DNA of 64,000 bases from positions 449,596 to 513,595 of the forward strand of contig NW_015164214.1 in the NCBI RefSeq assembly GCF_001447785.1, in the 5' to 3' direction. The notes under the pieces are model-generated. The model was given only the letters and a program-made list of their open reading frames with translations. It ran no database searches and was not told where the DNA came from. Within the stretch, counting starts at the first letter, position 1, and each line of letters begins with the position of its first letter. This stretch comes from Gekko japonicus. Lineage: Eukaryota. Both the position numbers and the translations under genes were made by a program. Below, one piece after another: positions 48,177 through 59,994 of this stretch.

Positions 48177-49349
48177 CTGGGGTGTCAAACTCATTTGTTA
48201 CAAGGGCCGGACCTGACATAACTGGGACTTTGTTGGGCCAGGCCATCTGTGTCATAAAATGTAATGTCAGGTAGCGAAGATATTAATTTTATAAAGGACA
48301 CTGACAAACACAATTAAAGGTTTTTTAAAACTTAAAATACATACTTAAAACAGTAGCACTCTTGTCATATTTTATTTAACTGTCTTTGATAACTGACACC
48401 TCCCAAACCTTCTCCCCCCTGCCCTTAAAAGATGCCTGCCTAAAATGGATAGTGGGATTTGCAATGCAATTTTTTATATAAAACATCAAGAAAAAGCACA
48501 AGGATCACAGCAGAAACTAAAAATAAAAACTAAAAATATATAATACTCTGAACCTAGGAAAACATGAAATGGCTGGGTGTTGCAAGCTCCCCTCCCCCCT
48601 GGTCTACTCAGAGTGGCAGTGGCTCTCCAGTTTAATGACCCCCTTTGGCTGTGGGTTCCCAGGTTAGAGTACTCACTCAGGTTCCTGACAAACTGGCTTA
48701 AAACATCAGCCCTTTATTTGCAAGCAGACAACTTCAACTGGTATACAAACACTGGAAACTGAAACTCCACTCCATTGAAATAAGTTGCAGGTCAAAAAAA
48801 GTTGCAAAGAAAATGTGGAATGTATTTTCCATTAAGATTTCTGGGTCCCTCTAAGCTGTGGAGTTTAAAGTTGTGAGTGAGCAATTTGGCTACTGCATAA
48901 ATTAGTTTGCTCTGGAGCCATCCTTTCTGAGCTAAGACAAAAATGTGGAAGCCGGAGGCTAAAAAACTGTGAGCTACTTTACACTAACTCAGCTTAGAGG
49001 GAACACTGGTCCACATAGATTACTATGGGACTGGATTAACAGCCCCCAGAGTGGAATTCCATTCCCAGAATGCAGCTGCTGCTCCCAGGGACCGTCAGTC
49101 TACTCTGGGGGCTGTCATTCCAATGCTGGAGTAGTGTATCTGGGCCAGAGACCATAAAGGGAAATCCATTCCACTTTTTTTGTGCTTTCACCCAGAGGAG
49201 CTTCCTGCTGGAGTAGAAACCAGCAAAGAGGAGGCCCAGCCACCTGGGGAGTTTGGCAGATCTCCCTTGGAAGGGTGAGGACAGGCAGAGGAGGGGGTGG
49301 GGGTGGAGAAGAGAGCCACGGGCCGGGGGCCTTAGGTTTGACACTCCTG
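48177..49349. mobile_element. hAT family D long derivative containing a nested family A MITE (~48845-49008)
   Basis: CTGGGGTGTCAAAC...GTTTGACACTCCTG; ends match 11546-11961 in reverse; flanks GTTTAGAC/TCTTAGAT. Confidence 0.75.
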
Positions 49350-49898
49350 TCTTAGATGTTTCAGAGAGGTGGCTTGATTGCCTGCCTCTGCATCCCGAGC
49401 CCTGGTCCTTGGAAGTCTCCCTTCCAATTACTTGTCGGGGTTGGTCCTGGTTAGCTTCTGAGATCTGACAAGATCAGGCTTGCCTGGGCTAGCCAGATCA
49501 AGGCCAGAAATGTGGTGGTGCTGGTAATGTAAAATATTGTGTGAAAGCTTTCCATATAGTAGGGGAGAGTAATGTATTGACTGGTGAAGTGGTTTGTATA
49601 CTAGACTAGGATCTAGGAGACCCAGGTTTGAATTCCCGCTCTGTCATCGAACCTTGCTGTGTGTTACCTTAGGCTGAGAGTGACTGGTCTAACCTACCTT
49701 ACAGGATGGTTGTTAAAGCAGGGTATGAACATCTAAGTAAATTTAGATAACATTAAAAATATCTTCCAAGCAGTTGGACCATTAGAAATTTAGTTTTGGT
49801 TGCTGTTTAGTGTAATACATATTTGCCATTCAGACTTTGTTCAGGCCTCAGTTATTGTTCTCCACCCAGACTAAACAATCACATTGAATAATTGCCAC

Positions 49899-50045
49899 TG
49901 TTTGAACCACTTCAGATACACTGAAGTGCCCCAGGCATTGGCACCCAGGTCCATCCTGTCCTGGAAGCGGAGTTTGCGGAGTTTGCCAACACTGGGGAAC
50001 GTCCAATCTTTACATATGAAGTGTTTGAACCACTTCAGATACACT
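49899..50045. repeat. Perfect 24-bp direct repeat flanking a 99-bp insert
   Basis: TGTTTGAACCACTTCAGATACACT at 49899-49922 and 50022-50045. Confidence 0.9.
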
Positions 50046-52587
50046 TTATATATTCTTATGCCTGAAAATTTAACATTGCTACCTGATTAATTTTGAACTG
50101 TTTGTTGCCCAAAAAGCTGTTGCTTGGAGGAGGGGTATGTTCTGGAACAGCATATGGTTCAGGTTTGAGGGGCTTTAGTTAAGACAGAAAAACTGAAATT
50201 CTTGTCTGTGTACAAAACTGTTTGTTGTATGAAGATAATCTTTGGATACAGTGTATCCCACAGCGCTGTCATTCATACTTGATTGTCTGAAATGGCAACA
50301 TGAATTTATGCTGTGAAGATGCTCTTTCTGTGATTATTTGCATAGGAGGAGTAGCAGCACACTTTTATGTATTGGGTATAATTCAGGTCTCCTTTTTTCC
50401 TCTTCTAGATTCTAGTGTTGTCACTTAACAAATTTTTGAGTATAGGTTTATTAATAAGAGAATTGAGGCTGTCTCAACTTTGACAAAGCATCACTTGCTT
50501 TATGGACTTCTCACTTTCTTTAAAGTGATTATATGGGATGTTGTTTGAAAATTGGTCCACTCAACTCATTTCTTCCAAATTAGCTAGCATTCTTGTTTAA
50601 TGTTAACTTTGTCCTTGGGTGTGAGAAACTGTTTGTATCTGAGGCCACAATAAATGAAAGAGGGCTGTTACCTGTCTTAGAGCCCTCTCTTCCTTTTTTC
50701 TTCAGTAGCTTTTATCCCTTTGGTAAGGACAGTTTGACTTTACTAGAAAGAAGTCTGTAAACTGTTATTGAGTTTAATTTGGCTTCCTGGTTCTAACACA
50801 TCATGGTCACTGCATGGAGGAACTGTCACAGGAGAGGCTGCTTAAAAAGTACTCTAATGACTGTATCATAAGAATTATCTGTGAATAGCAGTGCCTTGAT
50901 TGATTGACACACAGCCTGATCCTATGCATGCTTATTCTTAAGCAAGTCTCATGAAGTACGTCGAGGCTTACTCTCTTTTAAGTGTGCATAGAATTGCAGC
51001 TAGAGTCAGGGATGCAGAGTGTGCGCACACACAGAACAATGCCCACCTGCTACCTAGCAACACTCCTTGCTTCCTTTCAGCCAGCATGTTTAGTACAGCT
51101 CCATCAGATTGCAGAAGAGTTGAATAACTTGGAAGCCTTTCAAGTGGCTTTGTCTGAAAAAAAAATCTGTTGGGCCACAAATAATTTATATAGTAGCTGG
51201 GTTGTCCAAAGAACACATGTACAATTCTTAAAACAGCACTACACTGAGGTAATCAGAATTTATATCCCAATATTGAAGACAGAGTTGGCACTTTGAGAAT
51301 GAAGTTTTTCTGAGGCAACCTGATGTGTTCACTGGTAAGACATCTTCTGAGTCTGTAGTGAAGGGTGCTGATCTTAGGCCAGTGTACTATGCCAAAGAAA
51401 AGGCAAATATTGATCTGCAATAAAATGGTTTGTAAAATTATTATTTTAAAATGCTGTTAGAAGTGTTGGGGTGTGAAGATGAAGGAGAAGTTGAAATACT
51501 CCTATCGATGTTCCATTGTTGGTTTTGTAAAAGTAATCAGAATGTAGGTATTAAATCTGAAACCTGATTCACAAAATTTGAAATTCTTGCATTAAGCTGA
51601 GTACTATGGCGTGTTGCCGTAATAAATGCCTGACTGACTGGCATTAAGCTGGTTTATAGTTTAATCCTATATGTGCCTGCAAAACAATGCTGCTGTGTTG
51701 GTCCTTGTCACATTGCAAACTAGTTAGCATCTGTGAGCTGGGATTGGGTTGTTGGTCTAACTGTATACAGTTGTGTGTGTCTCAGCGGTAAAGTCACTTA
51801 CTTGAAAGTAAGCCCCCTTAAATTCTCTTCCAGGGATGATTAGAGTGATGGATAGTATTAGTTTAAGTTGTTTGTTTTTAAATAGTTTGCTGCTTGCTAT
51901 GCAAGTACTTCCAGATGAATATAATGTAATAGATTTTAGTGGAATAGTTCTGTGCATGAAAAGGATAATAAATGGCAAGGCGCTGTTTTAGTATGTGTAA
52001 CTGTATGAATTGTAGTGTTGGGACGCGAATGAAAATTAGCTGCCTGGAAACATTTGGCATTTTCATATCACTTTTGTTTTTGGTTCTCAAAGTGCTTCAA
52101 AATACTGCTGCTGTGTTTGTAAGATGCAATAATGTGGTAGGCACTGTATAAAACACACTGTGTTGCTCTGAAAAAGCAGCTGTAGTTATGGATGTAATTA
52201 AAAAAAATCATAGCTGTCTCAGGCTGCTGTTGCATAACCTGTCTGACTTTCCCTCCCTCTACTTGGAATAATAAAAAGCCTTCACAAGGATAAACATTCA
52301 TAAACAGAAATGGATCAAATTAAAGGAATTGTGACAAAGGAATGATGACTTATTGTCCTAAAATATCTATTATATCCCCTTGAACCTCTTGAGATGGGTT
52401 TGGTGTTCACCCTGAACATATTATGTATAAAGACTTTTCTGTAGAAGGTTCCTATATGTCCTATTGGACAGTATGTTTCCCACTCCTTCCAGAGCTACTG
52501 AAAAGGCTTTCATATGTTGTAGGCAGCTATAACCGATGTATATTTCTACTTTTTGCAAGAAATCAAGAATTTTGCTGTGCTCTGGAG

Positions 52588-53099
52588 TAGAGATGTGAAG
52601 GCCCGGAAAAAACCCGGAAAAATTCGGGAAAAAACCGTTTTTTCCCCGTTTTTTCCCCTGAAGCTTTTTTGTTTTTTTCCGAAAAATTGGAAAAATTGAA
52701 AAAAGAAAAGAAATTGATTATGGAATGTTTTATTTTAACATGATAAATAAAATATTTTAAGACAAGGTGTTCAAATATTTTCCAAATCATTTCTAAAATA
52801 TATAATGGTATCAGATTGATCTAATTTCTGTGCACTGAGGACAAGCAAGTCCTAGGTTACAAACTGAACTCTCCAATGCAAGAACAAGATGCATTTCTTC
52901 CTTTAGGAGGTGCGATTATCAGAAGAAAATAAAAAGGTTTCAGTTTTGTTTTTGCATGTGGGTGGGTATTCTGTTTGTAATAATTGTTTGGGTACACTAT
53001 ATTTTTAATATGCTAGTTGTGATAATTTTTATGTTCCTAAAGTAACAGAATGACTTTCAATCTAGAAAAGACAAAAAAAGACAAAATTTTACATCTCTA
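52588..53099. mobile_element. hAT (Ac-like) non-autonomous element
   Basis: TIR TAGAGATGTGAA...TTTACATCTCTA; perfect 8-bp TSD CTCTGGAG; subterminal CCGGAAAAA repeats. Confidence 0.9.
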
Positions 53100-55814
53100 C
53101 TCTGGAGTTTCATAGCCATACTGTCTTTTGATTATTTAGCCATGGATTTAAGCAGGGAGAGAGAAGTATATAACTGTATATTCTCATGTTGCCTTATTCC
53201 CAAATATAGTAGTAGGAAATATAGACCGTAAAAACTATTAGAGTTGTGTCCAGAAATGAGCACTATCAGACTGAAAATGAGGCAACAACTAACTGAATGC
53301 TTTTGTTTGTGTTGTTTGCTCTTAATTTTGCATTTTAATAAATAATGTGAGTGTGACAAGCGACAGTATTTCATTTAGATTTTTAAAAATCAAACCTTGG
53401 CCTAGAGATCTTACAATCTGAGAAAATTTGATCTCTTATAGGTACTTATGTACAAGAGTCTCTATTTCTCTTTAATTCTGTGAGTTAACTGGATATTCCC
53501 ACTTAGGGTTATGGAAGCTGGTTTTTGAGTATATTGCTGAAAGTCACCCAGCATGTCCTTGGTTAGTTATAGTGGAGTCAGCGTCTTTCAGTAGTCTCAG
53601 TATCAAGTTTTGAATTTACCTCTGTGACTGTTGGGCTCAGAAACACTTAAACATGTTTTTAAAAGGTGACCTGAAAGGTGCAGTTGCATACTAGTTAGAT
53701 GAAGTGGACTAAAAGGTTTGGCTTTATGGTATTGTGTATGAAAATTAATATTTCCAGGTTGGTTTTTTCTGTGCACTGCTTGTGCTACAATTTGGATATG
53801 CTGAAACTTGGGGGTTGAGAGCTCCTCTTTCCTAAGAATTGTGTTTTGCACTAGTTTTGTTCAGGAGATACAAATTTAATAGTACTGGAAAAGCCATTAT
53901 ATTAGTTATATGCTTTCTTTTGCATAATTTTATTCAGCTGGATTTGCATACATAATTCCAAAACCTTTTTGCCAGCTGAAACTTGGTGTATATAATTCTT
54001 CAGTAACATCTTTTATTGAATGTAAATAAAGTTTGAGATGGATTCCTACACAGTTAAACAAATGCCTCTGCAAGATCAGATGTAAATTTTGTTCCATCCC
54101 ATCTTGCAAAATATACATGCATATCAGATAATTACTATAGGATATCAAGGGTGAGCAATTTAGAATGAAGGGCTTGCCCTTTTTTAAAAAAGAAGAATAA
54201 TTGCTTTATTTTAATTGTATAAATAAAGCTGTGTAAATGCTGGGTATGAGTCTTCAACCTCTTCAGATTCAGGAAATTTCTGTAATGCCAGACTGCACCA
54301 TGAGACCCACTTCAATTGTTTACTGTACCTCCTACCCTTCTTAGGCTGGATGGATGCTAAGAAGGCCAGGGTTTCCATATTTTTCAAGTTTATATGTGGC
54401 AATTTTTTCAAATGTAGTTTATCATGCAGGGACTGAGAAGCATGCAGCTCCCCCAAATACCTCCTTTTACCCAAATATTAAAGACATAGGAACTCTGCCT
54501 TCCTTTGCATGCGGTCATCATTTTGTTATAAAGAAACCAAGACAAAGAAAATAGTGTAATGTCACTGGTGTAACCTACCTTGGGAAGAGGCATGACTCAT
54601 AAATGACTCCTAACCAACCAGTGGTGCATCAGGTAGATTGCTGGATGTTGGCAAGGTATAGCTGAATTCAAGTTTTCAGCCATGAAGTTCTCATGGTGAC
54701 ATTTGGCCAGTCATAGTGTCCCACCCATATCTATCAGGAGGAAAGATGTGATAAATCCATGTATGCTACCCTGAGCTTAGAAATACACATGTATATGTGG
54801 AGAAAAGCATGTGTTTTGTTACATATACATGCATTATTCAGCTACTAAAGTGGCAATGTGTATCATTACAGGAGGGAGAGAGGGCTAAGATAACTATAGG
54901 CTTGGTGAGTGCTGTATGAAAAATGCTATGGGATTTCATTAGCTGGGCTTTTTTGGACAAGTGGAGGATAGATAATGTTCTGCATTGTTTCCCCCCCCCC
55001 CCCCCCCCCCCCGCTTCTGGCATGTGTCCCTAAGCCAGCTTTTCTGCATAGAAATTAGTGGCAACCATTCACTTAGGTGGGAAAAAATAAAGCTGTGTGG
55101 AGAGACATATTAGGGCAGAGGCTAAATATGTTCCTGGTGATCTCAGTGTCTACTGTGAGAGACAGGTTTTCCTTTCACAATTGTTCCCCAGTTTGAAGCC
55201 CATTTACTTCACATAACACTCTGTATCAACTACTGAGAACTCATCATGGACACTGTTTATATTACTCCATTTCCCCACCTCTATAGACCTGCTGTAGATC
55301 TTACTTGTTAGCTTTGTAAGAGTATAAGGAAAGACTGCTGGAACTAGACTACTTTGCATGGAGCAACACTTATTAATTTTAATACTGTGGTATTGTTTAC
55401 ATGAACAAATATAAAAGTTTGCACTGAAGGGTGCTGTTAAGATAGAGCTAAACTTGTGCCTTCCCCCTCTCCAACTGTTTTTCAGACTGTGGCCTGTTTA
55501 CTTTGTCCCAGAGACTTAGTGAGGGCCATTGACTAAGGTAAATCACTTCTGTGTGAAGGGTCTTGGTCATTACTGTTTTACAAATGAGGAACTGTCGTGA
55601 TGTCAGAATGAGTCCATGATAGAGACAAGTCTTGGACCTTGGTCTTCTGGATTAAAGCCCAACTTTCCCCAGACTACACTGGCTCTCAGTAGTAGTAATG
55701 ATAACTTGATTTGACAGTTATAATTGGAGTATTCTTAGGTAATCATAATTTGAAAATGAAACTAAAATTAGCATAGTTTAGATGTAATGGTTATGTCAAC
55801 AAATGTACAAGACC

Positions 55815-57127
55815 ATCTTTATAAATGACTTGGATGAAGGAATAGAAGGGATGCTCATTAAATTTGCAAATGATGCTCAGTTGGATGGTAGCAAATACAG
55901 TAGAAGACAGAATCAAGATTCAGGATGACTTTGACAGGCTGGAAAACTGGGCCAAAATTAACAAAATGACTGTCAACATAGATGCATTTAGGTAGGAAAA
56001 ATCAAATGCATAATTACTATTGGTAATAGTGCAAGCGCAAAGGATCTGGGGTCTTAGTAGATCATACATTGAACATTTCAGCAGTGTGATGCAGTAGTTA
56101 AAAAGGCAAATGCAATTTTGGGCTGCATCAACAGAAGTATAGTGCCAGATCATGTGAAATGATAGTATTACTTTGCTCTGGTTAGACCTCACTTAGAGCG
56201 CTGTGTTCATTTTTGGGCAGCACAGTTTAAGAAGGATATTGATAAGCCGGAACGTATCTAGAGGAGGGGTGACAAAGATGGTAAGTGGTCTGGAAACCAA
56301 GTCCTATGAGGAAAAGCTGAAGGAGCTAGGTATAGTTAGCCTGGGGATGAGATGATTGAGAGGTGATATGATAGCCATCTTCAAGTATTTGAACGGATGT
56401 CATATAAAGAGTGGAGTTGTTTTCGGTTGCCCCAGAAGGTCAGACCAGAAACAATGGGTTGAAGTTAAATCAATTAAATCAAAAGAGTTTTCAGGTAAAC
56501 TTTAGGAAGAACTTCCTGACAGAGCAGTTCCTCAGTGGAAGAGGCTTCCTCAGGAAGTGGTGGGCTTTTCTTCTTTGTAGTTTTTAAAGCAGAGGCTAGA
56601 GATGGCCATCTGACAGCAATGCTGATTTTGTGACTCACTGTGAATTTAGGCAGATTGTGAGAGGCAGGGCAGGAAGGAAGGAGCCAGTGCTTGGCTCTTG
56701 TGGCCCGTCTTTATATGCCCAGGGTAATGCTGATTGCTACTTTGGGGTCAGGAAGGGAGTTTCCTTCAGACCAGATTGGCTCAGGGATTCTGAAGATTTT
56801 TTGCCTTCTTTTGGGCATAGAGCAGGGGTCACATGGGGGAGGGGGGTAGCTGTGAATTTCCTGCATTGTGCAAGGGGTTTGATTGGATGTCTCCTGGGGT
56901 CCCTACCAGCCAGTGTTCCCTCTGAGTGTGAGCTAGCTCACAGTTCTTTGGCCTCGGGCTCACATATTTTTGTCTTAGCTCAGGAAGGATGGCTCCAGAG
57001 CAAACTAATTTATGCAGTAGCCAAATCACTCACTCTCAATTTTAATGCCAGTAGCTCACAAAGTAGAATTTTTGCTCACAAGATTCCACAGCTTTGAGGG
57101 AGCATTGCTTCCAGCTCTATGTTTCTA
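55815..57127 (+). mobile_element. Degenerate CR1 LINE 3' portion (different subfamily)
   Basis: IFINDLDEGIEGMLIKFAND, KKANAILGCINRS and YEEKLKELG motifs with frameshifts; ends CTTCCAGCTCTATGTTTCTA. Confidence 0.85.
56911..57107. mobile_element. hAT MITE family A in the CR1 3' end
   Basis: CAGTGTTCCCTCT...GAGGGAGCATTG; TSD CTACCAGC/CTTCCAGC. Confidence 0.85.
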
Positions 57128-57684
57128 AATGCTACTCTTTCAGCAACCTCTGTGTTCTGTGCATTCTCTAAAAATTTTCTTTCAAACTAGGATTAAGCGA
57201 CTGTTTGAAATCCTAATTTGCAGGAGATACACAAACCATAGTTTTGCTGTAAGAGAACTGTGGCTTGGATCCACCAGTGTGTTTCTGTGGATGGAAGGCT
57301 TTCTACCTGCAGAGTGCAATTTTCTTGCATTCTGTTGCAGCCCCCAATTTTCCCTGTTGAGAGCAGCATTTGAGGAGCCATTTTGGTTACAATGGGGGAT
57401 GGAAGCAAGAAGGTCACACCATGTGGACATATATCCTTCCCAGATACACCTATTGCTTGCCCTGAAAGCAGAAATATCAAATTAGCTGGTGTTATGAGAG
57501 CAGAGGGAGGATTAGGGAGTTTATATGAGTTACAGCTTTCTATTGGCAAACCCTGGTTTGCTGTTATATCTGACCTATGCAGTGTGCAATAAAATGTGAT
57601 GAATTACCTTTATTCATAAGCCAAAACTTTCCCAAACTATAGTTTTTCCTTTGACGGTTAAACAATCAGGTTTTTACCTTGGTC

Positions 57685-57970
57685 GATCATATTCCTTCAT
57701 TAAGAATAATACAGAAATGAAAAGTGCACCATTGATATAGTGCACAATGATATAGAACATCTTAAATAAAATTCTGTATTATGTGTATCAATGATCCGAA
57801 AATTTAAAAAAATAGAGTTTGTTACATAGATCATATTTCTTCATTGAGTATGACACAGAAATTAAAAATGCACCATGCACACTAACAATGATATAGAACA
57901 TCTTAAATAAAATTCTCTATTATGTGCATCAATCATATGAAAATTAAAAAAAAATAGAGTTTATGTTACA
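57685..57970. repeat. Diverged tandem duplication, unit ~144 bp
   Basis: GATCATATT.CTTCATT...ACAATGATATAGAACATCTTAAATAAAATTCT...AATAGAGTTT..GTTACA occurs twice (57685 and 57829). Confidence 0.85.
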
Positions 57971-58177
57971 GTTGTGGTACATGGTATGTGTGGAGTTTTA
58001 GTGCCAGTCTTCCATAGTAATGTATATATATATGTCATGTGGCTGAAGGGAAAGGAACCCTTGAATTTTCAGGTACTCTAATGCATTAGTAATGCTAATT
58101 TCACTGAAACTTTGAGCCTTCTTTTATGATGATTCTTTGCAATTTTGTATAAGGTCAGAAAACTGTGATAATATACT

Positions 58178-58275
58178 TTGTAGCAAAGCCAATAAGGACT
58201 CTGGTGGCATTTTATAGAGTAATAGCCTTTTCGGGGCTTACACTTTTATTTGCTAAAGCCCACTTCATAAGATGT
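58178..58275 (-). mobile_element. Penelope-like terminal remnant
   Basis: Reverse complement reads TTATGAAGTGGGCTTTAGC...TTACTCTATAAATGCCACCAGAGTCC, similar to 901-976. Confidence 0.45.
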
Positions 58276-59650
58276 GTGAAGTGATTTCTTTGTCAGTATA
58301 CATATGAATTGTGAATAGTGGGCTAAAAGGGCAAGAATGTAAAATTTCAGGTAAGTTAGGCAGGTTTTTTTTAGTGTTCTGCAAATTCCCCAATTTAACT
58401 GAAAAACATCCCCTGGCTTTTTTTCATGTGTTAAATTTTCAGTGAATAAAACCTTGTCTTAAAAAGCATTTTGCTAGTTTCATAGGAGAAGAAGCCATAG
58501 GAGGTTTTTTTCAGGTATCCCATATTTCCCGTAAAAACTGAAAAAAAATTGGAGGGTTGACAAGATAAGTTTTATTCCTGGATCCCCCCCCCCTCTTCTC
58601 TCCCCACTCCCCCAAACTTTCACAGAGCTAATTAAGATAAACATGTATATGCAAGTATGATTTAACTCCCAGTTTGAATGGATTGTTTAAATCAGTGTTT
58701 GTAAGCAGATATTTGGCTAGTAACAACTGTGTGGAAATGAGTAGTGGAGAAGCTGAGGTGTGTAAGGAGAGCTGTGGGGCCAAGGATGCTGAGAGAAATT
58801 TTCCAAAACAATGTGCTATGGAATTTAATAACTCCTAGTTTGGATGTGGAGCATGATGGAAGACAGGAGGGCCTGGTGTGATGTGGTCCATGGGGTCGCA
58901 AAGAGTCAGACTTGACTGTGCGACTGAAAAACAAAAGTTTGGATGTGACAGTGGACAGTAAGTTTATAGGATTGCAGGGGTAGGCTGCATTGTTGCGACA
59001 AGCAGTCAGTTAACTTGTAGAAAGTTCTGTAGTTTGGGTTTGTGTAATGTTCAAAGCTAAACTTTTATAAAACACAGGAAATGCAATTTAGGTAGAATGT
59101 AAGTTAAACTTGTGGGCTTTAATTCACAGTAAACATGCATCAGTAAGGTGATTTGTGTGGGAGTTTCTTTTAACCCAGTGTCCACACACTTTGAACTCTT
59201 TGGGGAGATGCAATACTGATAAAATAGATATTTAAACTTGAAGTAAAATCCCAGTGTCTGATTATAATCTCTCATTTTCCTAAAGTGTTGCATTAAACAG
59301 CCATAGTATATTTGGATATGTTACTACATCACAGATCTCATCACCGTCTATTTGAATTTGTCATCTTGTGGAAAATTACTTCAAGGTTGTAATCCCATGC
59401 AGGAACCTGTAATTGGCTTCACTGAACAATGTGAAACTTTTTTCAGAGTACCAAATTACATGATTAATATATGCACCAGCCACTTTGTTCCCAGGAACAG
59501 GAAGAATGTTATGGTCGATAAACAAAACTGAATTGGATTTCATAGTATCACAAATGGGAGAGATTTGTTCTCTCCCCCTTCTTGCTGCAGTCACTTCATT
59601 CCACCCCTTCCCCAGTGGTCTTGAGGATCAGGACACCCTGAGACTGATAT

Positions 59651-59994
59651 AGGTAAAGGTTTCCCTTGCTCGAAAGCCAGTCAAATCCGAGTCTAGGGTT
59701 GCGGTTCTCATCTCTGTTTCCAAGCTGAAGAGCCAGCGTTGTCCTAAGACTTCTCTGTGGTCATGTGGCCGGCATGACTAAATGCCGAGGCGCATGGAAC
59801 GCTGTTACCTTCCCACTGAAGTGGTACCTATTTATCTACTTGCAATTTCTTGCTTTCGAACTGCTAGGTTGGCAGGAGCGGGGACCAGAGACAGGAGTTC
59901 ACTCCGTCATGCGGCACTCGGGTCTCAAACTGCTGAACTACTGACCTGCCAGCCTGCAGTTCAGCGTCTTAACCACTTGAACCATCGCAGCTCC
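59651..59994 (-). mobile_element. Sauria SINE (Squam1)
   Basis: Reverse complement of 19291-19637 with an ACCTTTACCT tail. Confidence 0.9.
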
